DNA of 64,000 nucleotides from Saccostrea cucullata (lineage: Eukaryota): positions 62,001 to 126,000 of the forward strand of contig NW_026924640.1 of the NCBI RefSeq assembly GCF_032062105.1. Reading direction: 5' to 3'. The position numbers and the translations under genes were made by a program. The notes beneath the pieces are model-generated. The model did no database searches and was not told where the DNA came from. It saw only the letters and a program-made list of their open reading frames with translations. The stretch's first letter is position 1. Every line of letters begins with the position of its first letter. Shown here piece after piece: positions 25,649 to 39,037 of the stretch.

Positions 25649-28600
25649 ATGGCCGACGAAGCTCAAACGATACCTCGACACGAATCTGTTTGTGTGCTGT
25701 GTGGTGGTTCTGTGGTAGACAAATTTGTTCGTCCAACATTAGCGGAGTTTTTAGGGACCGCATTTCTGGTGTTTCTCTTGTGTTCTTGTGCTCCAATCCG
25801 CCTTAATACATTTATGCATATTATTGAGGGCAATGTATTTTCGGCACTAGTGTATGGATTTGGTTATGCATTCTTGATTTATGCATTCGGTGATATCAGG
25901 TATGAATTTATATTTTAACTAATGGCGGATATTGTTTTTCCAAGGGAATTTTGACAGAAAAAATATTTTTAAAAATATCGCTCTTACGCAAAACTACTGT
26001 GAGTAATGAGCTCACTAAATGATACCTGCGCCTCCCATATGAATATAATGGCAGTGTCCATGTTTTGCTATGGGAAACCAAAATGTATCGAAACAAAAAG
26101 TAAATAGGAGATGCACAATGGCAGTGTGTAATAAAGATTCTGTGAAAGTCTTATCAGGCCACAGAGCACAAAATGTCACAAACTGACAAAGTGTTGACAA
26201 CATTCAGTGGTAAAAAATTATGCAATATGTACCAGTAATGACTGATGACTATCGTTGAAAAAAGAATTATACCATGTCAGGAATGGAAAAGAAAAAAAAT
26301 TAGTATGGTAAAAAAAATATTAATTTGAAAAATCTGAAAGACATTCAAGTCAATTTTTTTTCAAAGTGTAAAACAATAATCGATGCACATTTTAATAATT
26401 AAAAATACTAAACAGATGACAATAATGCATGAATGAGAGTTGAGTATCTGTATATAAACAAAAATGTCAGGATTTCAACATTTGAGGTTTTGCTTCAGAG
26501 CATGACAGTTTTTTTTTTTAAATTATCAATATATAAAATGACATATTATGATTCCCTGATTTGTATTATGGAAAGTAATGACACAAAAAAATATTTAACA
26601 AATAATTTTTTTTTGCCATACAATTTTTTTTCTTTTCCATTCCTGACATGGTATAATTATTTTTCAACATTAGACATCAGACATTACTGGTGCATATTGC
26701 ATAATTTTGTTACAACTAGATGTTGTCAACACTTTATTACATTTTGTGTTCCATGGCCTTGTTTTTCAATTTTACTGATGTTTGGAATTCAACAAAACTC
26801 TTCAACAATTATCAAAAATCTTCATCTTTCTTATCTAAAAATAAATTGAAAAGTTTGATACTACATAAAACATTTTGTCTTTGAATAAATTAGAGGTATA
26901 TTGCAGTTAGTGCAAAAAATAGTTTTCATCACCTTAAATACATGTATATTGATATATTACACAATTGCATATAAACCTTTTTTTAAAGTCTTAAAATTAT
27001 GAAACACTTAAAACAGTTTATGACATGTTGTGTTCTATGGTCTTTTTTTTAATTTTACTGCTGTAGGGATTGCAACAAAACTGTTTTATAATTATCAATA
27101 ATCTTCATCTATCTTTTCTAAAAAATATTATTGAAAACAGGTTTGATACTATCTGTTATTCAAAAATTTATGTCTATCAACAAATTAGAGGCATATTCCA
27201 GTCAATTCATAGAATAGTTATTATCACCTTAATATTTTTTAAATACAATATAAATATATACTGGTATGTAACACATTGCAAATAAATATTTTTTAAATTC
27301 TTGAAATTTTGAAAAACTTACCGTTTATTATAATAAATATCAAAACGACGAACTGATTTACAAACTAAGAATGGGTAATTGTGTGTTATTAATCAAAAAA
27401 GTAGGTTAAATAAAACTAGAGGTACTATGAACACTAAGCATATTAACTGATACCCCGCCTCCCATATGATTTTAAGGTGGAATATCCCTCTGATAAGAGA
27501 AATAACTTTTCTGATAAGAGAGATAACTTTCTTCAGACATTTTGTCATGAAATTCAGTGAAATTTCTGCAGAGTTTACAAATTTCATTCACATGAACCAT
27601 TTTGTTGTCAACATAATCAAACCTGATTTATCGTACAGATGTTGACTTCTAGTTTCTTTTGGTAGTATATTTATTAATTATTCATAATGGTTTACCTAAA
27701 ACATTTATACTCAGGTCCTTTAAACAGTGTAAATTGAAAATTTTCTATCTCTTAACGTAAAAGTCTTTTAATTGTACAGGAATATCAGATGCAGAATTGT
27801 TTATAAACATTTAATTAATATTTAGTTTCATTAAAATATATTTTCAAGGGCAATAATGGAACGATGACTCCTGTTTATGGATGCGTATTATTTTACATAC
27901 ACAGAAAACAATTTGATATTGTAATTTAAAAAGCAACGCTTCGGTATGTTTTCTAATGGTAATTAGATAAGTATGAGAGTAAATATTATATCGATACATA
28001 CATCATATTTCTAATTTAATTGTGAGATTAAAAATAATATATCTTTCTATTTACCATATCACATTTTCTTCACATCGTGATATGACATATTATTCATTTC
28101 TGAAAAATTAAGCAACGCTTCATGCTTCAACCTATTTTCCATTTGAATTTAATGCTATACATGTATATGGTTGTTGCTGAAAATCAATGTTTGGAATTTT
28201 AAAGAAAAAGTCGTGAAATTAAGAGCAGAGGGATATTGCCCCTTAATAACAGTTTAAAATCCATGTTTTGCTCTGGGGAAAACCCGAAGTAAGTGTCAGA
28301 ACAAAAAGTAAAATAGAAGATGCACAACAGTATGTATTAAAGATTCTGTGAAAGTATCATAAAATTTTATTCAGTGTTATAGGGGGGGTTGATGATAAAA
28401 GAATAAGAGGTGCACAATAGCGATTTTTCATAAGATTCTTTGAAAGTCTCATTTTCATTTAGTTGTATAAGAGGAGTTGCGGATAAGAGATGGGTACCCC
28501 CAAAGCGTAATTGACGAACGGACGGACTTCCAGGCGGACGGATATCCCGATCACTATATGCCTTCCCACTTTTCAAGCGGGGCGTTTAATTATTGACTTA

Positions 28601-31600
28601 AATTGACAAAAAATTATATTAAGGGACTTTATTGTTTCAATTTTTTTTTATTTTAAAACTGTTCAAACCAGAATTTAAAAAAAAATAATGTAAAATTACA
28701 ACCAAAAACCTCTTTTTCACATAAAAAAGAGAAGAATCTCAAACACTTATTTTTTTAAATCTAATCATTCATATTGTATCGTGGAATAAGCCAGGCTTTT
28801 CTTTTCAAATCAAAACAAGAATTTCTTCAAAGAAAACAAGAGTTTATTTACAAAAAAAATAATAAAGAAAAGAAAATCAACTAATATATCACACAATCAC
28901 ACACATGCACACTCACTCAAATGATCGATCAAAAAAAATGTTATTTACAATGAGAAAAAAAATAATCAACAGATTTTTAATCAACGGTTTTCAACACGTG
29001 TTCTCAATAACTCAAGCCTATAAACATTGCCAGTATTGTCCACATCAATACGAAAGTCCACACTATTCGGATCAACACTGTCCTCCAAACTTCCGGGGCT
29101 TTAGTCCTAGACTGTTGTTTGAGGATCAGTAGTATTGATTCACGACTGTTAGTGATTCCCGTGCTTAAACATCTTCATCGACTTCGTCTTCATCAACAAC
29201 ATTATCATCATCATTGACATCATCGTCACCGACATCGTCATCGATATCATCGTAGTCATCATCACATCATCGAATTCACATTGACATCATCCTCGTCATC
29301 AACACATCATCGACATCAGAGTACCAATAACACCTCAGCATGGTGCTAAAACATTAACTTTCCTTTATCAGTAAATAATTATGTACTCTACATATGGCAA
29401 TACTATAATACAATTATACTGGCTTTAATTAATAACCATGTACAGTACCGATCAGACCCAACCTTACACTAAGCAGTCCCGGGGAAGTCCCACAGAGGTC
29501 CCAGAGCAGTCCCATAGCTGTCTCAGAGCAGCCCAAGCAGTCCCAGTGGGCGAGGTTTATTAATTTAATGTTAAATGAGATTTGCAATAAACAATGGAAC
29601 TATATAAGGCAGTAGAAAATGACTCTTGGTAGTATGCCAGGAATTCTTACATGTAAGCGAAGGTCATTTATGAACAGTACGCGCATAGAAACAAATTGAA
29701 ATAATATTTATTGAAGGAAGAAGGCTTTCACACTTTCATGAAAATGAATATTTAATTATCGGGTATATTAATAATTCAATTTCTTAATTTTCTGCGATTG
29801 ATACTGTTTCCCATATTTTTATATATTTAACGTGAATTAATTATTTTCCACCAGTAAGAATTAGTTTTAAATAGATCTTATATGGCCAATTTTTATACTA
29901 TCGGGATACTCAAAACGAATTTTCTTAAGAAATTGGGCCTTTACAAAATTCTTTGTTAAATTTTGCTAAGTTATACCGGTATTTTTCAGTATTTTTACTG
30001 AGATGTCAATTTAATTATTGTTAATTTCTCTATCTTTAAAATACTCAGTTTTAAGTGTTTTATTTGTAAATGTTGGAAATGTTAGAATGTACATCTATAA
30101 ATCACCAGAATGGAACCATCAGATTTTATTCAAAATTAATTAATCCTAAAAGAAATCATACACATTTCATTTATCAATTTTATTTGTGCATTACATACTG
30201 GTAGATTGAAATAAGGGTCATTGTTGACCAGGCATGATCAATGATGTGAAACGCTGATACTTATACCCAAATAACACGCACTGATTTTCTGTCCTAAGGC
30301 ACAAGCAAAACAAAAAAGAAATAAATCACAATTCCCGACATTTTCAATTGTTTATTTATAAAATAAATCTACTCTTTTGATAATTTGTTTATTAACTAAA
30401 AACTACCGGTAATTCATTAATAAATTCCACAATGATTATTCACATTGTTTCACATTGTTAAAGTTACGGAAGAATGGTAGCAAAATTTTATTTCATGGTC
30501 ATTTTATAAAATGTTAGACTTTATTTGGAGGTTGCATGGAATACTTTTTTTAGCGTGGTACTCGTAAAACATGTAGCTTTTAAATTAAAAAATCTTATGT
30601 CTAAACTGTAATGATTATTTTTAAATAGTGCCAATGCAACTTTTGAGTGCACATAATTTTACATTGAATAATAAAATAGGCCTACAAGTAGATATTTTTT
30701 TCATAAACTTGTAGTTTATTTTTAGGGAAAAAAATCTTCTCCTGGCTTCCATATTGTACAACTTTATTTAATTTTTTTTTCTAAACTACATTTGTGTAAA
30801 TATACCGTCTCTGAAAACATTAATTATGATAATCTCTTCTTAATATCAAAAGATTGTTAGAATTCATTGCTTTTTTTAATAGTTTAAACTCCTCTCTGCT
30901 GCTAGTAAACAAAACAACTGGGAGTCTGCAAATTCAGAATACACAAGGAGGCGGAGCTATCATGTCACTCAGAACCCTTTTCACACATGAATGAACAAAG
31001 CAGTCCAAGAAAGCAGTCCCAGGGACAGCTGGGACTGCTGGGTCTGCTTTATAGAGCAGTCTCATAGCGGTCCCTGAGTAGTCCCACAGCAGTCCCAGAG
31101 CGGTCCTAAAGCAGTCCCGGGGACTGCTTTCAGGGATTGCTTTGGTGTCAGGTCGGGTCTGTTCGGTACTGTAGTTATGTTTGAGTTCAATATAACATAA
31201 ACACTAAGATACTTTCAATATCTTCAGTTTGTTTACAGTTGACATAGATACAAAATGGTTGACAATACTTCCGGTCACTTACTTCCGCTCAGACATTTAA
31301 ATTAAAAAGTAATACAGCGAACAAATATATATATTATAGAATAATTTCACCAAATACCTATAGAAAATTTATTTTTACTGATAAAGGCAATGTCACATAT
31401 CAGATAAAGGTCTGTCATGCGAAACACGAAGTGGTGCGTATCTGCAAATGCACGGACACACTCTAACACAGTAAAAGACCACTACCGCTGATGATTGAGT
31501 TGTCGAACGTTTCCTCCCCGTAGCGGTCAGTCGAAATGCTAGTTACTTGTCCTGTCGGCCAAAATTCTGCAAGGAATTCTGGGTGCTTTACTAAAGAGGT

Positions 31601-34600
31601 GCCCGAAGGGCAATACTTGAAACAAAACAAATGGGTACCTTAAAGGTTAAACTAGTGATTGTTACACATATCCCTGTTACCATTTTGAAGCACAGAAAAT
31701 AAAGTTCTTTTTATTACGTATTTTAGAAGTCTTTTTGGATGTAGTGTTATTTTCTTCTTTTTTTCAGAAAAAAAGTTCTACCACTAATAAATCTTTAACT
31801 CTTTTATAAAATTGTTTATTCTATTGGACTTAAGGGAAGTTTAACTAGAATGCATGTTATATATGGAGATGCATTATATACATGTAATTAAGTGAAAAAA
31901 AATCAAAATGAATCAATTTGGTAGTCATTATTGTTGACTTCACTCATAATTCGCATTTTCATATTCAGTATGCTTTTTTTTCGAATGTTTATTAACGTAC
32001 ACATTTATTAAATTTCAAAACAACTGACGATTCTTTTGTAGCGGCGGGTATTTTAACCCAGTCATAACATTCGCTCTGACTTTGAATGGTGCGCTACCAG
32101 TGCTTGTTGCAATATGCTTTTTCATTGCTCAGATAGGGGGAAGTTTCTTGGGAGCGGCATTGGCCCTTGTATGTATAATGATATAATATTATTATAATTT
32201 TTTAACATAATTATGTATTATTTATTTTTAACATAATGAAAAAAGTCTTGTTCTAGGGAAATATTTGTACATTTCTTAGACTGTTCGCACAGGCATGTAT
32301 CACAAAATGGGAGAGGGAAAGGCGGCCCACCTTTAGTGGCATATCATTAAACCTTTTCATTTACTTATGTTTTTTAGCTCACCACGAAGTTGTCGAAATG
32401 AGCTTAAAATTTACCTAGAGTTGGTGTCGATGTCGTTGTCATAGTCCCGAATAACGTTTTATGAGCAGTTCCATTACCAAGTAACTATAAGCCCTACCTG
32501 GACCAAACTTGCACGGATAATGCATCTAGGGATGGACGTTACCAAACTTGCTTCGGATATTGGATCTGACATATTTTCCAGAAGGGTGACCAGGTAAATG
32601 TTTACTTGATCCGCTACTGTGGACAAAACTTTCATTGAAGATGCATCTAAAGATGGAGACGTTCTTCGAATGCTGGATCTGACCCATGTTTTTCAGATGA
32701 GTGACCAGTTTAAAGTTTTTGGAGCAGGTCAATTCCTAAGTAACTATAAACCAAACATGGAAAAAACTAGCATGGATGATATATCTAGCTAGGGATGAAA
32801 ACTTAAGGCTTACTTTGGATGCTTGATCTGAAAAACTTTTCCAAATGAGTGACCGGGTTAAAGGTTTAGAAGCAGTTCATTCCTAAGTAACTATATGGCC
32901 TACACGGACCAAACTTGCATGCATCTTAGAATGGACACTTCAAGTCTTGCTTTGGGTGTTTGATCTGAAAAAAAAATTCAAATGACTGGCCAGGTTAAAG
33001 TTTTAGGAACAGTTCCATTACTATAAACTATAAGCCCTACCTGAGCCAAACTTGCATGGATGATGCATCTAGGGACGGACACTTACAGGCTTGCTTCGGA
33101 TACTGGAACTGGCCTATAATTTTCAGGTTTCCAGTTTAAGAGTTGATCTGAGTCCTACTTTAACCAAATCAGTTTGGATGTTACATCTATTGATGGAGAT
33201 GTACTCATGTGCTCACTTACTAGGAAAAAAAATTGAAATATTTACCTTACTTATAGACAACATTCGTCGAGGTGAGCTACAAAATTTATGATTACCGTTT
33301 TTTTTATTTGTTACCCCTTTCTCTCACCCTCGGACTTACGATGATGCGTGCCTGTACTTGTTGACATTTTGATTATGAGTTAAAAGCAACGTCAAATTAC
33401 TCCAAAATTTTTAACATTTTTACTTTATTTTTGCGTAAGGCTGCTATTCCGACGAATAAATACAAAGAATTCATCGGTGGAGCAACAATGCTTATAAATG
33501 AGACAGAACCTGGCTGGGCAGTTCTGATAGAGGGCATCCTTACGTTCATATTGACTTTCACTGTTTTACTCACATCGCTAGATAAAAAGAAGAAAAAAAT
33601 GTCACCTCTTGCTATTGGATTCTCGGTCATTGCTTGTGCTATGTCTGGGTAAGCTATAAAGACCAATGGTATGTTGGTAATAAATGATTAATATAACAGG
33701 TATACATATTGATAAAGAAGATAAGCGAAGAAGGCGGGCCTTCTGCGCATAGTGCAACAAATAAACACAAAGGTGAAAAATTAAATCTTAATTATATGAA
33801 ATTTTTCTTTGATATTTCATCTAACATTAAAGTATACGTTGTGTAAAATTTCTACCATTAGCAAAAATCTTGTCAAGAGAATTTTTTCGATTCTATGTAA
33901 AAGCATACAAACACTTAATGAGTAGTCCGAAATTATTGTCGTTTTCCATATTTTTTTACGATTTTGATACTTTAGAACTACCACCATTACTAAAAATGGG
34001 AATTCGTCGCCTCTAACCGCAGGCTAAATTCTTTGATTTATTTTCTATACTTGCGCACCGAATTGAATTATAAACGTACAACTCAATAGTAAAATACTCA
34101 CCGACATCGCCCTATGGTTCGTTTATAAAATACACAATCCAATGAAAATTATATCAGATTGTCGAGATTTCATTTTATGCATTTTAAAATCTTGCAAGTC
34201 CTGTAACGAAATGTGGTTTGGTGTTTTCTTTTCATTGTTTTGATGAGTATTGGAGTTTTATGAAGAGGCTTACTTTTACAATTGACGACTGACTTTTACA
34301 GTTTAAACGCCGACAAACTCCAATCATTAAAATGTAAAAGTCAGATTTCAAATGTAAAAGTAAGTCTCTTCATAAAACTCCACTAGAAGCATTCGGCTTA
34401 TTATAAATTGTAAGTTCATCATTTAAGTCAGTTCGGAAGTGTCAAAAATACACTCCAGTTGGAGAAGGCCGATTTCCAATCTTCGTAATTGTGCCGGTTC
34501 CTGACGTTTTCCTTGTATATCACAAATCGCAAAAAGCCTGGAAAACTCAGATATTTTGACTATAAATTGGGCAAACATTTAACAAATAATATATTATATC

Positions 34601-35648
34601 CAGATATATAGGCATTCTGCACGTTATATTTGCCTACCGTTTTACACATATTTTTTAAATGTTGGAGGGAAATTATGAAATCGAAACACGTGACTTTGTA
34701 CCAGCTCAGCACTTATGGAGGGGCTTTTTTCATGCTAAAGCCCATCGAATATACCTAAAAAAAATATTATTATCATTATTATGAGACTTAAACAAATGCC
34801 CTCTAACATTTAACCATTTTACGATGATTAACATTACGTGACTTTCCTGGCCTGGTCTAGTCCTGAAAACGCTCAATGAAAGACATAGATAGTGATAACT
34901 TGATGACATTTAGAAAAAAAATTGAAAGGAGCAGTATTTCATTAATATATGGAAAATAGTTTAGAGCTTTAAGAGCAGAAGTTTTCCTAAAATAAATGCA
35001 AGGAGATCAAATTGAACTCAAAATGGCGTGCTTTGAAAGTTAATTTATAAATTCACAACAGGGCGCGATATACTGGTGGATCTATGAATCCGGCAAGAAG
35101 TTTAGGACCGGCTGCAGCCTACTCCAAATACCTGGAATTTAATGTGTGGGAACATCACTATGTCTACTGGGTGGGGCCCACCGCGGGGGCAGTGGTAGCA
35201 GCTATTATTTACAGGTTTGAGATTATTCGCATTGCAAATAAATGTACATGTAATATATTTCAAAAAATATTCACATAAGGTATATTGGACATTGAAGTTA
35301 AGACAAACAGTGTAATTCAAGTCTATGAAATATAACTTAATTTTGAGTATTAATTTTTAAAAATCAAAATCAACTAATATTATTCAGGATATTATTAAAG
35401 ATGAGAAAAATTGACACATTTCTAATTAGTTCTTCATTTTACATTTAAGTGAACCTTTACAAACTCAACAATGATTTTAGAAAACTGATTGAATATTAAT
35501 GAGTATAAAAATGATTTTAAAAAATCCAAATAATATGTAACTTTTTCATTTTAGATTTTTGTTTGCAAAGAGAAGGACACCAGATTATATGACGTTTACA
35601 AATTCCGAGGGACACTTAACTCCCAGCAATAACATTCCAATACAATGA
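25649..35648 (+). CDS. AQP8: Aquaporin-8-like copy 2, 5 exons, 277 aa
   Basis: Exons 25649-25899, 32042-32168, 33440-33648, 35062-35214 and 35555-35648; all GT-AG, total 834 nt, open. Motifs AEFLGT, SGGYFNPV, MNPARSLGP. An in-frame ATG also lies at 25640. Confidence 0.92.
29443..31171. mobile_element. 1.7-kb non-autonomous Tc1/mariner-type element in intron 1 of copy 2
   Basis: TA|CAGTACCGATCAGACCC ... GGGTCTGTTCGGTACTG|TA, with subterminal AGCAGTCCC repeats. Confidence 0.75.
32370..33280 (+). mobile_element. Helentron/HINE-like element with internal tandem repeats (intron 2 of copy 2)
   Basis: TTTTTAGCTCACC ... GGTGAGCT ends and diverged internal repeats; the homologous insertion lies at about 40860-42990 in copy 3. 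Confidence 0.6.
34251..34382. mobile_element. Palindromic MITE, same family as 25223-25355
   Basis: Same TGGAGTTTTATGAAGAG termini. Confidence 0.8.
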
Positions 35649-35801
35649 CACTCAACTCCCAGCAATAACATTCCCATACAATGAGGGACACTCAACTCCC
35701 AGCAATAACATTCCCATACAATGAGGGACACTCAACTCCCAGCAATAACATTCCCATACAATGAGGGACACTCAACTCCCAGCAATAACATTCCCATACA
35801 A
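35608..35801 (+). repeat. 40-bp tandem repeat of the last codons and stop of aquaporin copy 2
   Basis: GAGGGACACTCAACTCCCAGCAATAACATTCCCATACAAT about 5 times; a further copy at about 36409-36450. Confidence 0.9.
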
Positions 35802-35803
35802 CA

Positions 35804-36410
35804 TGTATTATTGTTTTACAAACAGCGTGGCAGTTTGCTTTGTAGGGCGTGCTAAACTTTTGTATGCTGATAATCATTTTACTCATCGATTGGATGTTTT
35901 ATTTCAATGGAATCAAAAATACTTTGCATATGAAACATAGAACCCAACAATACCACTGACAATACTGACCAATCGTATTCAATCACATGTTTACTAGCAT
36001 GCAGTAAACAACAGTTACACGTGGACGGACAAAGCAAGTTTTACAACCTACATTGATGATATTGATAGGTGCATAGTACAGCAGCAGCAGAGTAGCCTTA
36101 CTAATTCTATTCTTTGAATTTTCTTGTACGTATATAAAACCATCCGGTCAAATCATCACAAATATAATACATGCTTTTTTGAGGACAGAGAACGGGCTTT
36201 GACTGACCACGTGTTGCTAGTGAGTACAAATGCCGCACTGGTGAACAAGCATTCAATGTGATTGGCCACTATTCTCAGGATATTGTTGTATTCTAAGTTT
36301 CATATGCAAATTAGTATTGATTCCATTGAAATAAAGCATCCAATCACTGAGTAAAATTTTAGCACGCCCCATCTAGCAAACTGTCACGCTGTTTGTAAAA
36401 CAATAATACA
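35804..36410. mobile_element. Foldback MITE with about 150-bp TIRs in the 3' region of copy 2
   Basis: TGTATTATTGTTTTACAAACAGCGTG ... CACGCTGTTTGTAAAACAATAATACA. Confidence 0.8.
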
Positions 36411-39037
36411 ATGACACTAAACTCCCAGCAATAACATTCCCAAACAATGACGTCAAATTTCAAAGGATCAGCCGTTATTTAATAAAGTCAAAAAAAAACA
36501 TATCATTACATGTATGGATTTATGCATATATATAAAGTTTTTGTTCTGTCCATCCGTCTATATGTTTGTCTGTTTGTCGGCAAAGTATTAATCTTAGCCA
36601 TAATATTTGATATATTTCATTTGGTACCAACATATTTGACCTCTTGACCTTTCGATTTGATTCAATTTTTGCAAAATTTAGTAAACTTTAACTTCATGTC
36701 TTATAAACAGTTAATGAGAGGACATTCATATACTTGGCGTGAACATTGTCACGATTCTGACCTTCATTTTGGATTTTGACCTACTTTTGAAAAAAAATAT
36801 ATAATCTTTGCAATATACGGACATATGTAAAAGCTTTCATTTTTCACATAACTGTAAAAGATGTTTCCGAGCATGTTATGGTTTGACCCCTTGGCCCTGA
36901 GCTTCATGTTTGACCTACTTTTCAAAAAAATAATTTTAGTGATTATACATTTGAATGACATAATGAAATTATAGGGCGTTTTTATTTGAAACAATTTTAC
37001 ACAAGTATGACATCTCACCCACTAAGACAACGAAAGTGGGGGACCACGATTCTTTGAATTTGCTTGCTCACATTTAAGCTTTATTTTATTTGAACATCTC
37101 TCTAAATAATATTCATGGCCATTTAAGCGTTTGCAAGGTCTTATCAATACATTTAAATTCAAATTAAACATCTAACAAAATAGTTTTCTGCATCAAACTT
37201 ATTTAACCTTTATTCATTCAACTGCAGTCTTTTGATCTAGGACACTTGATCATTTTATGCCCCTTTTAGTAATTCCACAACCAATTACAAATTCAAAAGT
37301 GTACTCGTCTCTTTTAAGCAGTAAGGCTCTTTCTAAAACAAAAAATAGAAGCTTAGGGCGTCTTTTGTGCAAAAAGGAAATGACCTAGTTTGAACTTGGA
37401 TCGATCTCGAATATTGCACTTTTTTATTTGCGCCTTGCAGTGCCCTTGTTCATTTCCAAAGTTTGAAACCAGGAACAGAAATGCATCAAAACATTGATAT
37501 TGTTTCCAGATTTTCAAGATTGAGATTTTTTGCTATTTATTCTTGTCGTTATCGAGCCTAAACAAAGGAATATGAGAACTAAATTGTTCACTATCACCCT
37601 ACAACACACATCTAATTCATAGTTACCTTTTTATGTCTAAATAGAATGCAACCTTGGCTAGCTATATATTTTTAGCATTCATTTTATATGCTTAAAGACC
37701 TTAAAGACCTTAAAAACTCAAATATAGAAGTTACATGACCCAACTGAAATACAACTCATACAGAAACGTTGAAAATGGTTCACCCGACGTAATTATGTTA
37801 CATGTATAGCAATATTACCTTAAATAAATATCAACGTTGTAGTGATAATATAGTAAAGGTAGAAACAATTTGTGTGTTAGTTCTTACATATCAAACGTTG
37901 ATGTGATTTTGCGAAAGTTTCAAATCTGTAGCTCGAATTAAAGATGATTTTTATTTGGCTTTATCATAAATATATGCATATAAATACAATGGCAATAAAC
38001 GTTTTTAGAATCTGAACCTAAGAGATTTTTTTTTCTTTTTTACTTAGAGTGGCAGTTATTAAACGTTACCCTTCCACCTTGAATTGAATGTGACGACTTT
38101 AAATTGACTTTAAAAATGTAATATTTAGGTAATAAAGAGTAAGTAAATTATACCCTGCGTTGCTCCTATCGATGTTGTTAAGCTTTCTGTTGGCTCAACA
38201 AGAAGATCTCCACTACATTGAGGTAGGGATACAACTTAATAACCAGCTATTAGCTTAACTAAAAAGTGTTGACGTTGATATCGTTGGACATGCAGACCCA
38301 TCCTGTAAGATCAGAAACCAGAAAAACCTACAACTAAGATAAAAATTTGATTGTGTGAATTACTTTATTAAAAAATGATTTTAATCTTTTTGAAAAGAAT
38401 TAAGAAAAACCATTTTAGTGCAATAAATTTTTAACAGAACCCTACTCAAATTTAGTAATATTTTTACTTCAAATATGTTTTATTCACAGATGTAAAAGTG
38501 AATTGGGTTGGAGAGCAGACTCACCTTTTTTTTATCCCTCTCCCTACATCAAGGTCAAGGTTAATAGATGTACAGAATAAAGAATAATAATTAAAAAATG
38601 TACAAAGGAAAAAAAAAACAAAAACGAAAATGAACAATAAGTAACAAAAGAAAAGCAATTTATTGAGGAAATAGGCAATTGATAATACCTTTCAATCAAC
38701 TACAAGGTTTTGGGGTTAGTTGTTATTTTCTAAAACTGGCTTCCTGAACTTTAAAATACACTTTTACAAATGTATTGAATCTTCTCTGATGTAGAGTTCT
38801 GTTTTAAATTGTGTATTTTCATACATGTATGTATATAGAAATTATTGATTTGTATTATTCTACTATACCAACATTCAAAATATGTTCTTTCGAAAGGTTT
38901 CCGAATTGGATAGAGTTTTTTATGTTTATACCTGAGAAATGACACAAATGTAATCTAACCTGATCGATTTACTTGAACGACTTTTTTAAATTTTACAACC
39001 TTACATGTTTACTGCGCAGTTTGCAATGTGAAAAAAG

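Noticed and set aside
28775-29353. Possible solo LTR (TG...CA) in intron 1 of copy 2
   Set aside because: The flanks (ATAT / TTAA) do not form a TSD and there is no second copy.
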